Shown: positions 56,495 through 64,000 of the stretch, one piece after another | Layout of the letters: the number at the start of each line of letters is the position of its first letter | Position numbering within the stretch: the first letter of the stretch is position 1 | Assembly: GCA_016183365.1 (NCBI GenBank) | Contig: JACPES010000005.1 | Location: forward strand, 5,895-69,894 | DNA: 64,000 bases | DNA from: Candidatus Collierbacteria bacterium | GTDB taxonomy: Bacteria; Patescibacteriota; Microgenomatia; UBA1400; JACPES01 | Direction of reading: 5' to 3' | The notes under the pieces: model-generated | What the model saw: the letters and a program-made list of their open reading frames with translations, nothing else | Database searches by the model: none | Told to the model about the DNA's origin: nothing | Made by a program: the position numbers and the translations under genes

Positions 56495-57316
56495 CTATTT
56501 GTATCCTTCTTTCTCTATTCTCTCCGCCAGTTCTTTTCCGCCGGTTTCAACAATTCTTCCGTTTTTCATAATATGGACGTAGTCAGGTTGTAGATATTGA
56601 AGAAGTTTGGCGTAATGAGTAATCACAAGAATCCCGGGTTTCTGAAGGACAAAGGACGACCTGCCCGCCAGTCGCCTGACGGCTCCAGCCGGATGGCAGG
56701 CGGGAGGACGAAGGACGAAGGATTTAATATTTTCGGCGATGGTTAGCAAGGCGTCAATGTCCAAACCGCTGTCTGTTTCGTCAAGAATGGCGTATTTTGG
56801 TTGAAGCACCAACATTTGCAAAACCTCCAACCGCTTTTTCTCTCCTCCGGAAAAACCGACGTTGATGCCGCGGCGCAAGAGTTCCGGCTTCACTCCGACT
56901 TTTTTGGCAAGCTTTTCTAAGTCTTTTCTGAATTTGAGGACGTCAAGATGCGATTGCTGATTGTTGTTATAGGCTATTTTTTCTTGAAGAGAGCGCCATA
57001 GTAGTTGTTCGACAGTTACGCCCTCCACCCCCACCGGATATTGCACCGCCAAAAACAACCCCATCCTCGCCCTCTCATCCGGTGTCTTGACCGTTATGTC
57101 CTCTCCATCAAGCTCAACTGTCGATGTCCTTTGTTTTTTGTTTCTTGTCTGGTAACGCGGATGTCCCATCAGCGCCATCGCCAGCGATGACTTACCGCTG
57201 CCGTTTGGCCCCATCAGGGCGTGAATCTCACCGAGCTTTATCGTTAAGGTTACGCCCTTGACGATTTCTTTACCATCTATGGTGACAAATAAGTTATTTA
57301 TTTTTAACATATTCAT
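56495..57316 (-). CDS. sufC: Fe-S cluster assembly ATPase SufC
   Basis: Walker A GPNGSGKSS, ABC signature FSGGEKKR, Walker B ILDETDSGLD. Carries a ~66-bp GC-rich in-frame insert (56646-56722). Confidence 0.85.
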   Translation of the reverse strand: MNMLKINNLFVTIDGKEIVKGVTLTIKLGEIHALMGPNGSGKSSLAMALMGHPRYQTRNKKQRTSTVELDGEDITVKTPDERARMGLFLAVQYPVGVEGVTVEQLLWRSLQEKIAYNNNQQSHLDVLKFRKDLEKLAKKVGVKPELLRRGINVGFSGGEKKRLEVLQMLVLQPKYAILDETDSGLDIDALLTIAENIKSFVLRPPACHPAGAVRRLAGRSSFVLQKPGILVITHYAKLLQYLQPDYVHIMKNGRIVETGGKELAERIEKEGYK

Positions 57317-57421
57317 TCACAACACGGGTCCTTGAACCCGCAGTTGGGACAGATAGATTCCTTCATGCCGACGACGGCGCCAATGAGGCGACCGCATTGA
57401 GGACAGGGTTGCGTCGGATAA

Positions 57422-58027
57422 TCAGGCCGCTTCTTCAAATCTTTTGGCGACCTCATCCCAGTTGACGACGTTCCACCAGGCTTTAAGGTATTCATCTCTC
57501 TTATTTTGATACTTCAGGTAATAAGCATGCTCCCAAACGTCAACGCCCAGAATTGGGATATCGCCGTTCATCAACGGGCTATCTTGATTAGCAGTAGCAT
57601 AGGCTTTGAGTTTGTCACCGGAAACTACTAACCAGCTCCAACCGCTGCCGAATTGACCCATTCCATTGACGGTTATCAATTCCATCAATTTATCAAGAGA
57701 ACCAAAAGTTTTATTTATCGCCTCAGACAAAACTGTTGACGGCTTTCTGTTTTTTGGCGTCATTATTTCCCAAAATAACGAATGGTTGGCGTGCCCGCCA
57801 CCGTGATTTTTGACGGCAGTCCGGATGTCTTCAGGGATATTGTTTAAATCCTTCAATAATTCCTCAACTGACTTACTCCCTAATTCCGGATGCTTGGCAA
57901 CCGCGTCATTTAGTTTCGCGACATAAGCCGCGTGATGTTTATCGTGGTGAATCTCCATGGTCTTGGCGTCAATTACCGGCTCAAGAGCATCAAAAGAATA
58001 TAGTAATTCTGGTAATTCAAATGGCAT
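57422..58027 (-). CDS. sod: Fe/Mn superoxide dismutase
   Basis: HHDKHHAAYV and DVWEHAYY motifs. Confidence 0.85.
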   Translation of the reverse strand: MPFELPELLYSFDALEPVIDAKTMEIHHDKHHAAYVAKLNDAVAKHPELGSKSVEELLKDLNNIPEDIRTAVKNHGGGHANHSLFWEIMTPKNRKPSTVLSEAINKTFGSLDKLMELITVNGMGQFGSGWSWLVVSGDKLKAYATANQDSPLMNGDIPILGVDVWEHAYYLKYQNKRDEYLKAWWNVVNWDEVAKRFEEAA

Positions 58028-58403
58028 TATGACTCACCTCCAATCCGGACAGACTGTCATTGGTTATACCGACTAATTTAGCTTCTATTTCTTTTTGAAC
58101 ACATTCCGCTCCGCCATGACAATCGCTGGGGAAATGACAAGAGATCAAATCGATTTTACGCCCCAACGCCAAATAAATATCAGCCAAAGAAAGAATCTTT
58201 CCATCATTTAATCCGTATCCGCCGTTCCGGCCGCGAGAAACCCATAAAATTCCAGACAGCCGTAATTTCCCGACTATCTGCTCCAAAAACTTAAATGAAA
58301 GATGGTGTGCGGTGGCAATTTTCTTGACCGTCACCGGCCCCTGCCCAGATTGCTTGGCAATCTCTGCTAAAAATATTAACGCGTAACGTACGTCTTGTGT
58401 CAT
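58017..58403 (-). CDS. Rrf2-family transcriptional regulator (IscR/SufR-like, three-Cys cluster ligand motif)
   Basis: N-terminal wHTH (VRYALIFLAEIAKQ) and CHFPSDCHGGAEC cysteine motif. Confidence 0.7.
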   Translation of the reverse strand: MTQDVRYALIFLAEIAKQSGQGPVTVKKIATAHHLSFKFLEQIVGKLRLSGILWVSRGRNGGYGLNDGKILSLADIYLALGRKIDLISCHFPSDCHGGAECVQKEIEAKLVGITNDSLSGLEVSHNAI

Positions 58404-58446
58404 AAACTTTATTTTCCCCTAGTAACTTAGTAGGAATATATCATTC

Positions 58447-58719
58447 TTGACAAGAATATCAAGATGGAATATTATAAATTTTGAAATGTCTAGATTAGTT
58501 CAGCACAATTCCACAGCTCCGGTGCCGATCAAATCCCCGGCCGACGGCTCGCCGACGTGGATCTGCCAGTGCGGCTTATCCAAAAACCAACCCCTCTGCG
58601 ACGGCTCGCACCAGGCCTGTAAAGATGAAGACAGTAACAAACTCTACGAGTACAACGAAAAGCTGGAAAGAAACGAATTGTCTCAGTCTCCAAGGCCGTC
58701 TTCTGTTTATAAATCTTAA
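58447..58719 (+). CDS. CDGSH iron-sulfur domain protein
   Basis: CQCGLSKNQPLCDGSH motif. Confidence 0.65.
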   Translation: MTRISRWNIINFEMSRLVQHNSTAPVPIKSPADGSPTWICQCGLSKNQPLCDGSHQACKDEDSNKLYEYNEKLERNELSQSPRPSSVYKS

Positions 58720-58738
58720 AGAGTAATCCGCTGGTATA

Positions 58739-59824
58739 ATGCCCCTAATGGACGGCTCAATCGGTAAACAATATCTTAAGGATTATCTGGACAAATCCGA
58801 TCCCTTGTTTGAGGAACATCTTCAGAAAAAGATTGACGAGGCGCGAGAAATCAGCAAAATTCCGGCCGAGTTGTTGAAAAGATTTTTAGACACTGCCAGA
58901 CGGGGAAAGAAAATCCGAGGGGCGCTGGTGACACTGGGATATAAAGTCGCCGGAGGGACGGATGAGATGACGGCACTTCAAGCGGGACTTGTAATGGAAC
59001 TGTTTCATACCGCACTACTGATTCAGGACGACGTTATGGATCAAGACAATCTTCGGCGAGAATTGCCTGCGCTACACCATCAATTTAAACAATTCGGGAA
59101 AAAATTAACTGTCAGAGGGGACTTTTTGCATTACGGCGAGTCGATGGTTTCTTGCGTTACCGACGCTATTTTTTACTTATCTTGGGAAAAACTTCTGGAA
59201 TTAAATGTTGATAGTAAAAACATTATCGCCGCCGGAAAAACCTATGCTCAATATGCGGTCAGAACCGCTTGGGGACAAGCTCTTGACATCACTACTACCG
59301 CACTGGGCGAAATCAAAGAAAAAGACGCCATGGCCATTCTCCGCTATAAATCAGCCGAATATACCGGAGTGTTGCCTCTTTTGGCTGGAGCGGCTCTGGC
59401 GGGAGAAAAAGACGAGAAAAAACTTCGGGCGATCAAAGATTACGGTTTGGCTTTTGGCTGGGCGTTTCAAATCCAGGACGACATTTTAGGGATGTTTGGT
59501 GATGAAGAAAAAGTCGGTAAGCCAGTGGGATCGGATTTGCGGGAGGGGAAAAATACGCTGCTAATGCTTCATCTGGCGCAAAAGGGAACACCGGAGCAGC
59601 GGGCATTCCAAAGAAAAGTTTTGGGGAATAAAAATATCACCAAAGACGATGTGTTGAAAATGCGCCAGATTCTCCGCGACGCCAGATCCTACCAACACGT
59701 CGTCGATCTGGGTTGGAAATACGTTGACGAAGGCAAAAAACAAATTCCGTTAATCACTGCCGACAAAAAATTACAAGCAATATTGGAGTCATTGATAGTT
59801 TATATGATGGAGAGGGTGAAATAG
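58739..59824 (+). CDS. polyprenyl (geranylgeranyl/farnesyl) diphosphate synthase
   Basis: First DDxxD LLIQDDVMD and second QIQDDILG motifs. Confidence 0.8.
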   Translation: MPLMDGSIGKQYLKDYLDKSDPLFEEHLQKKIDEAREISKIPAELLKRFLDTARRGKKIRGALVTLGYKVAGGTDEMTALQAGLVMELFHTALLIQDDVMDQDNLRRELPALHHQFKQFGKKLTVRGDFLHYGESMVSCVTDAIFYLSWEKLLELNVDSKNIIAAGKTYAQYAVRTAWGQALDITTTALGEIKEKDAMAILRYKSAEYTGVLPLLAGAALAGEKDEKKLRAIKDYGLAFGWAFQIQDDILGMFGDEEKVGKPVGSDLREGKNTLLMLHLAQKGTPEQRAFQRKVLGNKNITKDDVLKMRQILRDARSYQHVVDLGWKYVDEGKKQIPLITADKKLQAILESLIVYMMERVK

Positions 59825-60208
59825 TTAAGCGTTGAAGAATTTTAGGCCCGGGATTCCCTGAAAATGTTTTTTATTTCTGGTCGCTAGCTGAACTTTGAGC
59901 CAGATTGAGGTTGCTCCAATAATAAAATCTGAAGTTTGGATAGCCAATTTCCGTTCCCGCCTAAGTTCGCCGCTAAATCTGGCAAGCACTTTGTCAAATG
60001 TAACAACCTTGAAGCTGTCAATAAATTTCTCGAGGGTGACAGCGGTTTCGGCTGAAGATTTACCGGCAAACAATTCCATCACGGTAATGCTGGAAAGATA
60101 AAGTTCAATTTGGCGTTGTTTTTGCAGCCCGATCAGCGCAGGAAACGATCCCCGTCCGGAGCGGAAAAAATCAATTAATATATCGGTATCCACCAATACC
60201 TTCTTCAT
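59825..60208 (-). CDS. vapC: PIN-domain toxin VapC
   Basis: MKKVLVDTDILIDFF PIN motif. Confidence 0.7.
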   Translation of the reverse strand: MKKVLVDTDILIDFFRSGRGSFPALIGLQKQRQIELYLSSITVMELFAGKSSAETAVTLEKFIDSFKVVTFDKVLARFSGELRRERKLAIQTSDFIIGATSIWLKVQLATRNKKHFQGIPGLKFFNA

Positions 60209-60492
60209 TAACTCTCTCCCAGATGTTTCATATATTCTCTTTCTTTTTTGTTTCTGAAAAGCTTTCTATCGAAAGTAATTTTGCCCACCAATTTTTCTGC
60301 CAGCTCGAGCGCTCTTCCAGCCCTAGCTTCTAAGTCGTCATCCATTTTTGTAACTTTGAAGATTTTCCTGCCCTTGTTTTCAACTTCAACTTCGTAGCCC
60401 TCCAGCGATACCAAACCGGCATACTTGAATAAATCTTTTCTGAATGCGGTAATCGGCACGGTCGTAATCATATGTACATAAGTGTACACCAT
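60208..60492 (-). CDS. putative antitoxin paired with VapC
   Basis: 94-aa ORF abutting the PIN gene on the same strand; the start may be an internal Met. Confidence 0.45.
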   Translation of the reverse strand: MVYTYVHMITTVPITAFRKDLFKYAGLVSLEGYEVEVENKGRKIFKVTKMDDDLEARAGRALELAEKLVGKITFDRKLFRNKKEREYMKHLGES

Positions 60493-60529
60493 CCGTCAGG
60501 TTTGTCAATATCCCCTATAATGACTTATC

Positions 60530-62266
60530 ATGATACCTAAATCCTATCAATGGCTTTTGTGGGGTAGTTTTATTTTTTTCCTGGGGGCAATGCTATTGCG
60601 TCAGGAATCGGCAATAACTCAAGACTTAGGCCGGCATTTAAGATTAGGAGAAATGATTGTGGCCGGCGGAGACGAAAGAAAATGCGCGCTGTTTAGCAAC
60701 TGCCTGACGTTTACACACCCCGACTATCTGTTTGTTAACCATCACTGGGGAAGTGAGATAATCTTTTACCTCATCCATAAATGGGCAGGATTTTCCGGAA
60801 TCATCATTTTCAAAGCAATTATTCTGGGGCTGACGTTTTTAATTACAGTTCTCCATGCATCACAGTTTCTGAACACTCTGAAAACTCAGAGAACCGGAGA
60901 TCCAGAGAATCGGATAATCAGAAAATCAGATATCCGACTGTCCGGCGTTCTGAATTTCCGACAATCTGGATTTCTGAGCATTCCGAGTTTTCCGAACCTT
61001 GCCATCGCCGTCGCGCTGACATTTCTCTCCATCCAAATGATGGCCGATCGGCTAACGACCAGGCCGGAAATTTTTGGATATTTGCTGTTCGCGATATTGT
61101 TTTGGGTGTTGGACAGACGTAAAGAGAGATTGCCACGTCATCCCTCGACAAGCTTGGGACTCCTCGCAATGACGGTAACGACCTCCTTGATAATTTTAAT
61201 TTGGGTGAATTTACATATCTCTTTTATTTTTGGCTTGATTTTGGTTTGGATTTGGGCAGGGAGTCGACTATTAACGTCATTGCGAGGGAACGTTAGCGAC
61301 CGCGGCAATCTCCAAGATCGCCATGTCCCGATTTCATCGGGGCTCTCGATGACTCCGGTGGCGATTGCAACTGCGTCTACTATTGCGTCTACTATGATAA
61401 TCATTTTCAACCCTTCCGGCCTCCGCGGCGCCCTAATGCCGCTATCAATTCTCAAGGATTACGGGTACACCGTCGTTGAAAACATGACTCCGTTTTTCCT
61501 TTCTGCCTTTAAGCCTCAACCGGAATATTGGATTTACACCCTATTGTTGCTAACTGTCACTGTTTTATTAATTATTTCCCCAAAGAAACCGCCTCTCTTC
61601 TCTATCTTGACCTTTTATATCTTTTCTATCTTTCCGTTGATAGCCGTGAGGCACTTGCCGTTTTTTGGCTTGACGACGGTACCGATTTTAACCCTGTTGG
61701 TTGCTGTGAAGTTTCGCAAACTTCACAATGATGAAAAGTTTGCGAAACTGCCGATTCTAGTGGCGAGTAGTTTGCTAATCGCGGCGTTGACCAATCCAAT
61801 TCCGCTCGTTTATGGCAAATTGTCACCGATTGGTTTGACAATAGATTCGCGACACAATCAGGCCATTGACTTTGTTAAGCAAAATAATCTTCAGGGGCAA
61901 ATGTGGAACAATTACGATATCGGCAGTTTCCTGGAATGGGCTATCCCTGAACATAAAACCTTTGTCGACGGACGGCCGGAAGCGTTTCCGGTCGGATTTT
62001 TCCAAGATGTCTATATCCCGATGCAAGAGGATAAAACAGCTTGGGATTTGGTAGCAACTAAATACGATATCCAGTGGATATTCGTAGCCCTGACTGACGC
62101 CACCCCCTGGTTTATCAAATGGTGGCAGATGATCCGAGACCATAAAGATTGGCGAATTGTATATATTGATAACTTCAGCGCTGTTTTGGTCAAAGTCGAT
62201 AGTCAGAACAACTTGATTGGACCTCAAGGGAAAACCAAAATTCTGAACATCAATAGTCTGGATTGA
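60530..62266 (+). CDS. polytopic membrane protein, probable GT-C-fold glycosyltransferase
   Basis: More than 10 TM helices and a C-terminal soluble domain. Contains at least three different in-frame repeat insertions (60868-60990, 61276-61353, 61706-61749). Confidence 0.45.
   Translation: MIPKSYQWLLWGSFIFFLGAMLLRQESAITQDLGRHLRLGEMIVAGGDERKCALFSNCLTFTHPDYLFVNHHWGSEIIFYLIHKWAGFSGIIIFKAIILGLTFLITVLHASQFLNTLKTQRTGDPENRIIRKSDIRLSGVLNFRQSGFLSIPSFPNLAIAVALTFLSIQMMADRLTTRPEIFGYLLFAILFWVLDRRKERLPRHPSTSLGLLAMTVTTSLIILIWVNLHISFIFGLILVWIWAGSRLLTSLRGNVSDRGNLQDRHVPISSGLSMTPVAIATASTIASTMIIIFNPSGLRGALMPLSILKDYGYTVVENMTPFFLSAFKPQPEYWIYTLLLLTVTVLLIISPKKPPLFSILTFYIFSIFPLIAVRHLPFFGLTTVPILTLLVAVKFRKLHNDEKFAKLPILVASSLLIAALTNPIPLVYGKLSPIGLTIDSRHNQAIDFVKQNNLQGQMWNNYDIGSFLEWAIPEHKTFVDGRPEAFPVGFFQDVYIPMQEDKTAWDLVATKYDIQWIFVALTDATPWFIKWWQMIRDHKDWRIVYIDNFSAVLVKVDSQNNLIGPQGKTKILNINSLD
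60868..60990. repeat. palindromic TIR element in-frame in the 60530..62266 membrane-protein gene
   Basis: TCTGAACACTCTGAAAACTCAGAG...GCATTCCGAGTTTTCCGAAC. Confidence 0.8.
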
Positions 62267-63018
62267 CAAAGAGTCAGGTTTCGGTTACCCTCTTTGACAA
62301 GATGACAGAATCTCCCGGAAACAAAAATATCTTAATTGCCCTTTTAGTCGTAGCGGCTTTTTTGATCGGAGCCTTGACGACCGAAGTCCGTTATCTCAAA
62401 AAATCCAATAGCCAAAATAGCCAGTCGCTAAACAACGCCCAAAATGTCGCCAAAGAAGAAAATATCTCCGCCCCGCCGCTGACTGATTCCGACCATGTTT
62501 TAGGCAATCGGAATTCCAGACTGCTATTTATAGTGTATTCTGACCTGGAATGCCCGTTCTGCAAACTTTTTCACCATACCACCAAACAAATTCTGGAAGA
62601 ATATAAGGATAATTTGGCAATTGTATACCGGCATTTCCCCTTGGATATTCATCCAAAAGCCAGGAAGGAAGCTGAAGCGGTCGAATGCGCCCAAGAAATT
62701 GGCAAACCTGATGATTTCTGGAAATTGGTGGATAAAATTTTCGAAGTTACCCCGTCCAACAACGGTTTAAACCCTGACGATCTGCCAAAGTTAGCCATGC
62801 AAATCGGTTTGAATGAAAATAAATTCAAAGATTGTCTGTCCAGTGGGAAATTCGCCCAAAGGGTAGAAAGCGACTATAGTCAAGGTTCTCGAGCCGGGAT
62901 ATCGGCCACCCCCAGTAGTGTCATTATTGATACCAAAACCGGAAAAACTAAAACTATAACCGGCGCTGTTCAGGCAAACCAAATCAAGTCAGTAATAGAT
63001 TCTATGCTAAAAGAATAG
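62263..63018 (+). CDS. DsbA-like thiol:disulfide oxidoreductase
   Basis: N-terminal TM and DLECPFCK CxxC motif. Confidence 0.65.
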   Translation: MTKSQVSVTLFDKMTESPGNKNILIALLVVAAFLIGALTTEVRYLKKSNSQNSQSLNNAQNVAKEENISAPPLTDSDHVLGNRNSRLLFIVYSDLECPFCKLFHHTTKQILEEYKDNLAIVYRHFPLDIHPKARKEAEAVECAQEIGKPDDFWKLVDKIFEVTPSNNGLNPDDLPKLAMQIGLNENKFKDCLSSGKFAQRVESDYSQGSRAGISATPSSVIIDTKTGKTKTITGAVQANQIKSVIDSMLKE

Positions 63019-63669
63019 ATGAATCATCTATTGAAAAAATTAAGCTTCGTTCTTCTGGCTGTTTTAATTACGGCCGGGGGAATTTTTGCTCTCAGCCGAA
63101 AACCTAAAACGGTTGAAGGAATAGAAACATTCTCTGATCAAGGCCGCAACCACGTCCCAGACGGAACCGTAGTGGAATATAACAGCAACCCTCCCACATC
63201 CGGACCTCACTCCGCCATATGGGAAAAACCGGGAATATACAACAATGTTCTTGAAGACGGAAAATTAATTCATTCGCTTGAACACGGCTATGTAATAATT
63301 TCGTATAACTGCGATAAAAAACAGGCCTTTAGCCCTTGGCTTTTAGCCCTTGGCCTTAATGTTTATGCCCATGAGACAGACGAACCCCATGAAGAAATTC
63401 CGGCCTCTGACAGTGCCGAGATTAAAACCGGAAATATTTCTGGCTGGAAAGACGATCCCGATTGTCAAAATTTAGTCGGGCAAATAAAACAAATAACCAA
63501 AAAAACCGGAATTAACCGGCTGATTGTGGTACCACGGCCAAATCTGGATGCGCCAATCGCCATGACTGCATGGACAAAGTTAATGAAACTGAATACTGCG
63601 GAAGAAGATAAAATTATTGAATTTATCAAATTGTTCCGCAATAAAGGCCCTGAAAAAACCATGGAATGA
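63019..63669 (+). CDS. DUF3105-like protein
   Basis: NPPTSGPH...LEHGYV motifs; directly follows the DsbA-like gene. Confidence 0.5.
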   Translation: MNHLLKKLSFVLLAVLITAGGIFALSRKPKTVEGIETFSDQGRNHVPDGTVVEYNSNPPTSGPHSAIWEKPGIYNNVLEDGKLIHSLEHGYVIISYNCDKKQAFSPWLLALGLNVYAHETDEPHEEIPASDSAEIKTGNISGWKDDPDCQNLVGQIKQITKKTGINRLIVVPRPNLDAPIAMTAWTKLMKLNTAEEDKIIEFIKLFRNKGPEKTME

Positions 63670-64000
63670 CAGATTTTTTTCAACAAGTCTACGCTCTAAC
63701 TTCTAAAGTCCCAAAAGGCAAAGTAACTACCTATGGAACAATTGCCAAATCCATTTCAACCCGCAACGCCCGCAGAGTTGGCCATGCCCTCCACTCCAAT
63801 AAAAACAGTCGGGTTCCTTGCCACCGGGTAGTCTTTGCAAACGGTTCTTTGGCCCCCGGATACGCTTTCGGAGGACCAACGGTTCAAAAGAAAAAGCTGT
63901 TGTCGGAAGGAGTTGGTTTTACCACCGACGGAAAGGTGGATCTAAATCGGTTCTTTTTCCAACTTGGAGATTTTAAACAATCTGAAAATATTCCCGATTA
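63666..64000 (+). CDS. methylated-DNA-protein-cysteine methyltransferase DNA-binding domain protein (Ogt-like), 3' partial at window end
   Basis: ATG overlaps the previous stop (ATGA). PCHRVV active-site motif. The frame is open to the window end. Confidence 0.6.
   Translation, partial: MTDFFQQVYALTSKVPKGKVTTYGTIAKSISTRNARRVGHALHSNKNSRVPCHRVVFANGSLAPGYAFGGPTVQKKKLLSEGVGFTTDGKVDLNRFFFQLGDFKQSENIPD

Noticed and set aside
57313-57495. A 60-aa ORF with CxxC…CxxC zinc-ribbon spacing overlapping the 3' end of the SOD gene
   Set aside because: It overlaps SOD by more than 30 nt in another frame whichever Met is used. It could be a real small zinc-ribbon protein, but the evidence is insufficient.
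60781-61169. ORFs translating as 'SEHSENSENRRS…' and 'SENSECSEIQ…'
   Set aside because: They are antisense or alternative-frame readings of the palindromic repeat element inside a real gene. The low-complexity 'SENSE' strings are an artefact of the repeat.
1-64000. CRISPR arrays or cas genes
   Set aside because: No regularly spaced direct repeats with unique spacers were seen. All repeat families found are palindromic or tandem without spacer structure.

Overview
This 64-kb window is densely coding, roughly mid-40s % GC by eye, and most genes sit in minus-strand operons. The gene content suggests a small-genome, CPR/Patescibacteria-like bacterium; this is an inference from the proteins, not from any database search.

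Recognisable genes include:
- an ECF sigma factor, two tRNAs (CAT and the rare UAU-Ile anticodon), a VirD4/TraG-like coupling ATPase, and several GT-C-fold membrane glycosyltransferases (PMT/ArnT-like, TMTC-like with TPR repeats, an O-antigen-ligase-like protein);
- a CobA-type corrinoid adenosyltransferase next to three tandem class II (B12-dependent) ribonucleotide reductase paralogs, two of them separated by a DUF3800-like ORF;
- a toxin-antitoxin-rich island (several VapBC pairs, RelE/ParE, MNT/HEPN, an orphan Phd) and two tandem class A penicillin-binding proteins;
- a pentose-phosphate/glycolysis cluster (split transketolase, rpe, rpiB, class I DhnA aldolase, PfkB kinase, 2-hydroxyacid dehydrogenase, cmk);
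- a complete SUF Fe-S assembly operon (sufC, sufB, short sufD, sufS, sufU) with ferredoxin, an FNR-like reductase, DsbA-like proteins, SOD and an Rrf2 regulator;
- a polyprenyl synthase, a CDGSH protein, a DUF3105 protein and a partial Ogt.

The most unusual feature is that many conserved genes carry short palindromic or tandem repeat elements inserted in-frame without breaking the reading frame. The families seen are:
- a ~80-135 bp element with terminal inverted repeats, in eight copies;
- AAAGGCCAGGCCTTT paired palindromes;
- GAAGTTTCGCAAACTTC hairpins;
- AATGGCT/AACCATT arrays;
- GC-rich hairpin inserts in suf genes;
- microsatellite-like runs.

This resembles the in-frame Rickettsia palindromic elements. 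A compact GIY-YIG nuclease gene bounded by ~39-bp inverted repeats lies between the two PBP genes. No CRISPR array or rRNA was seen.
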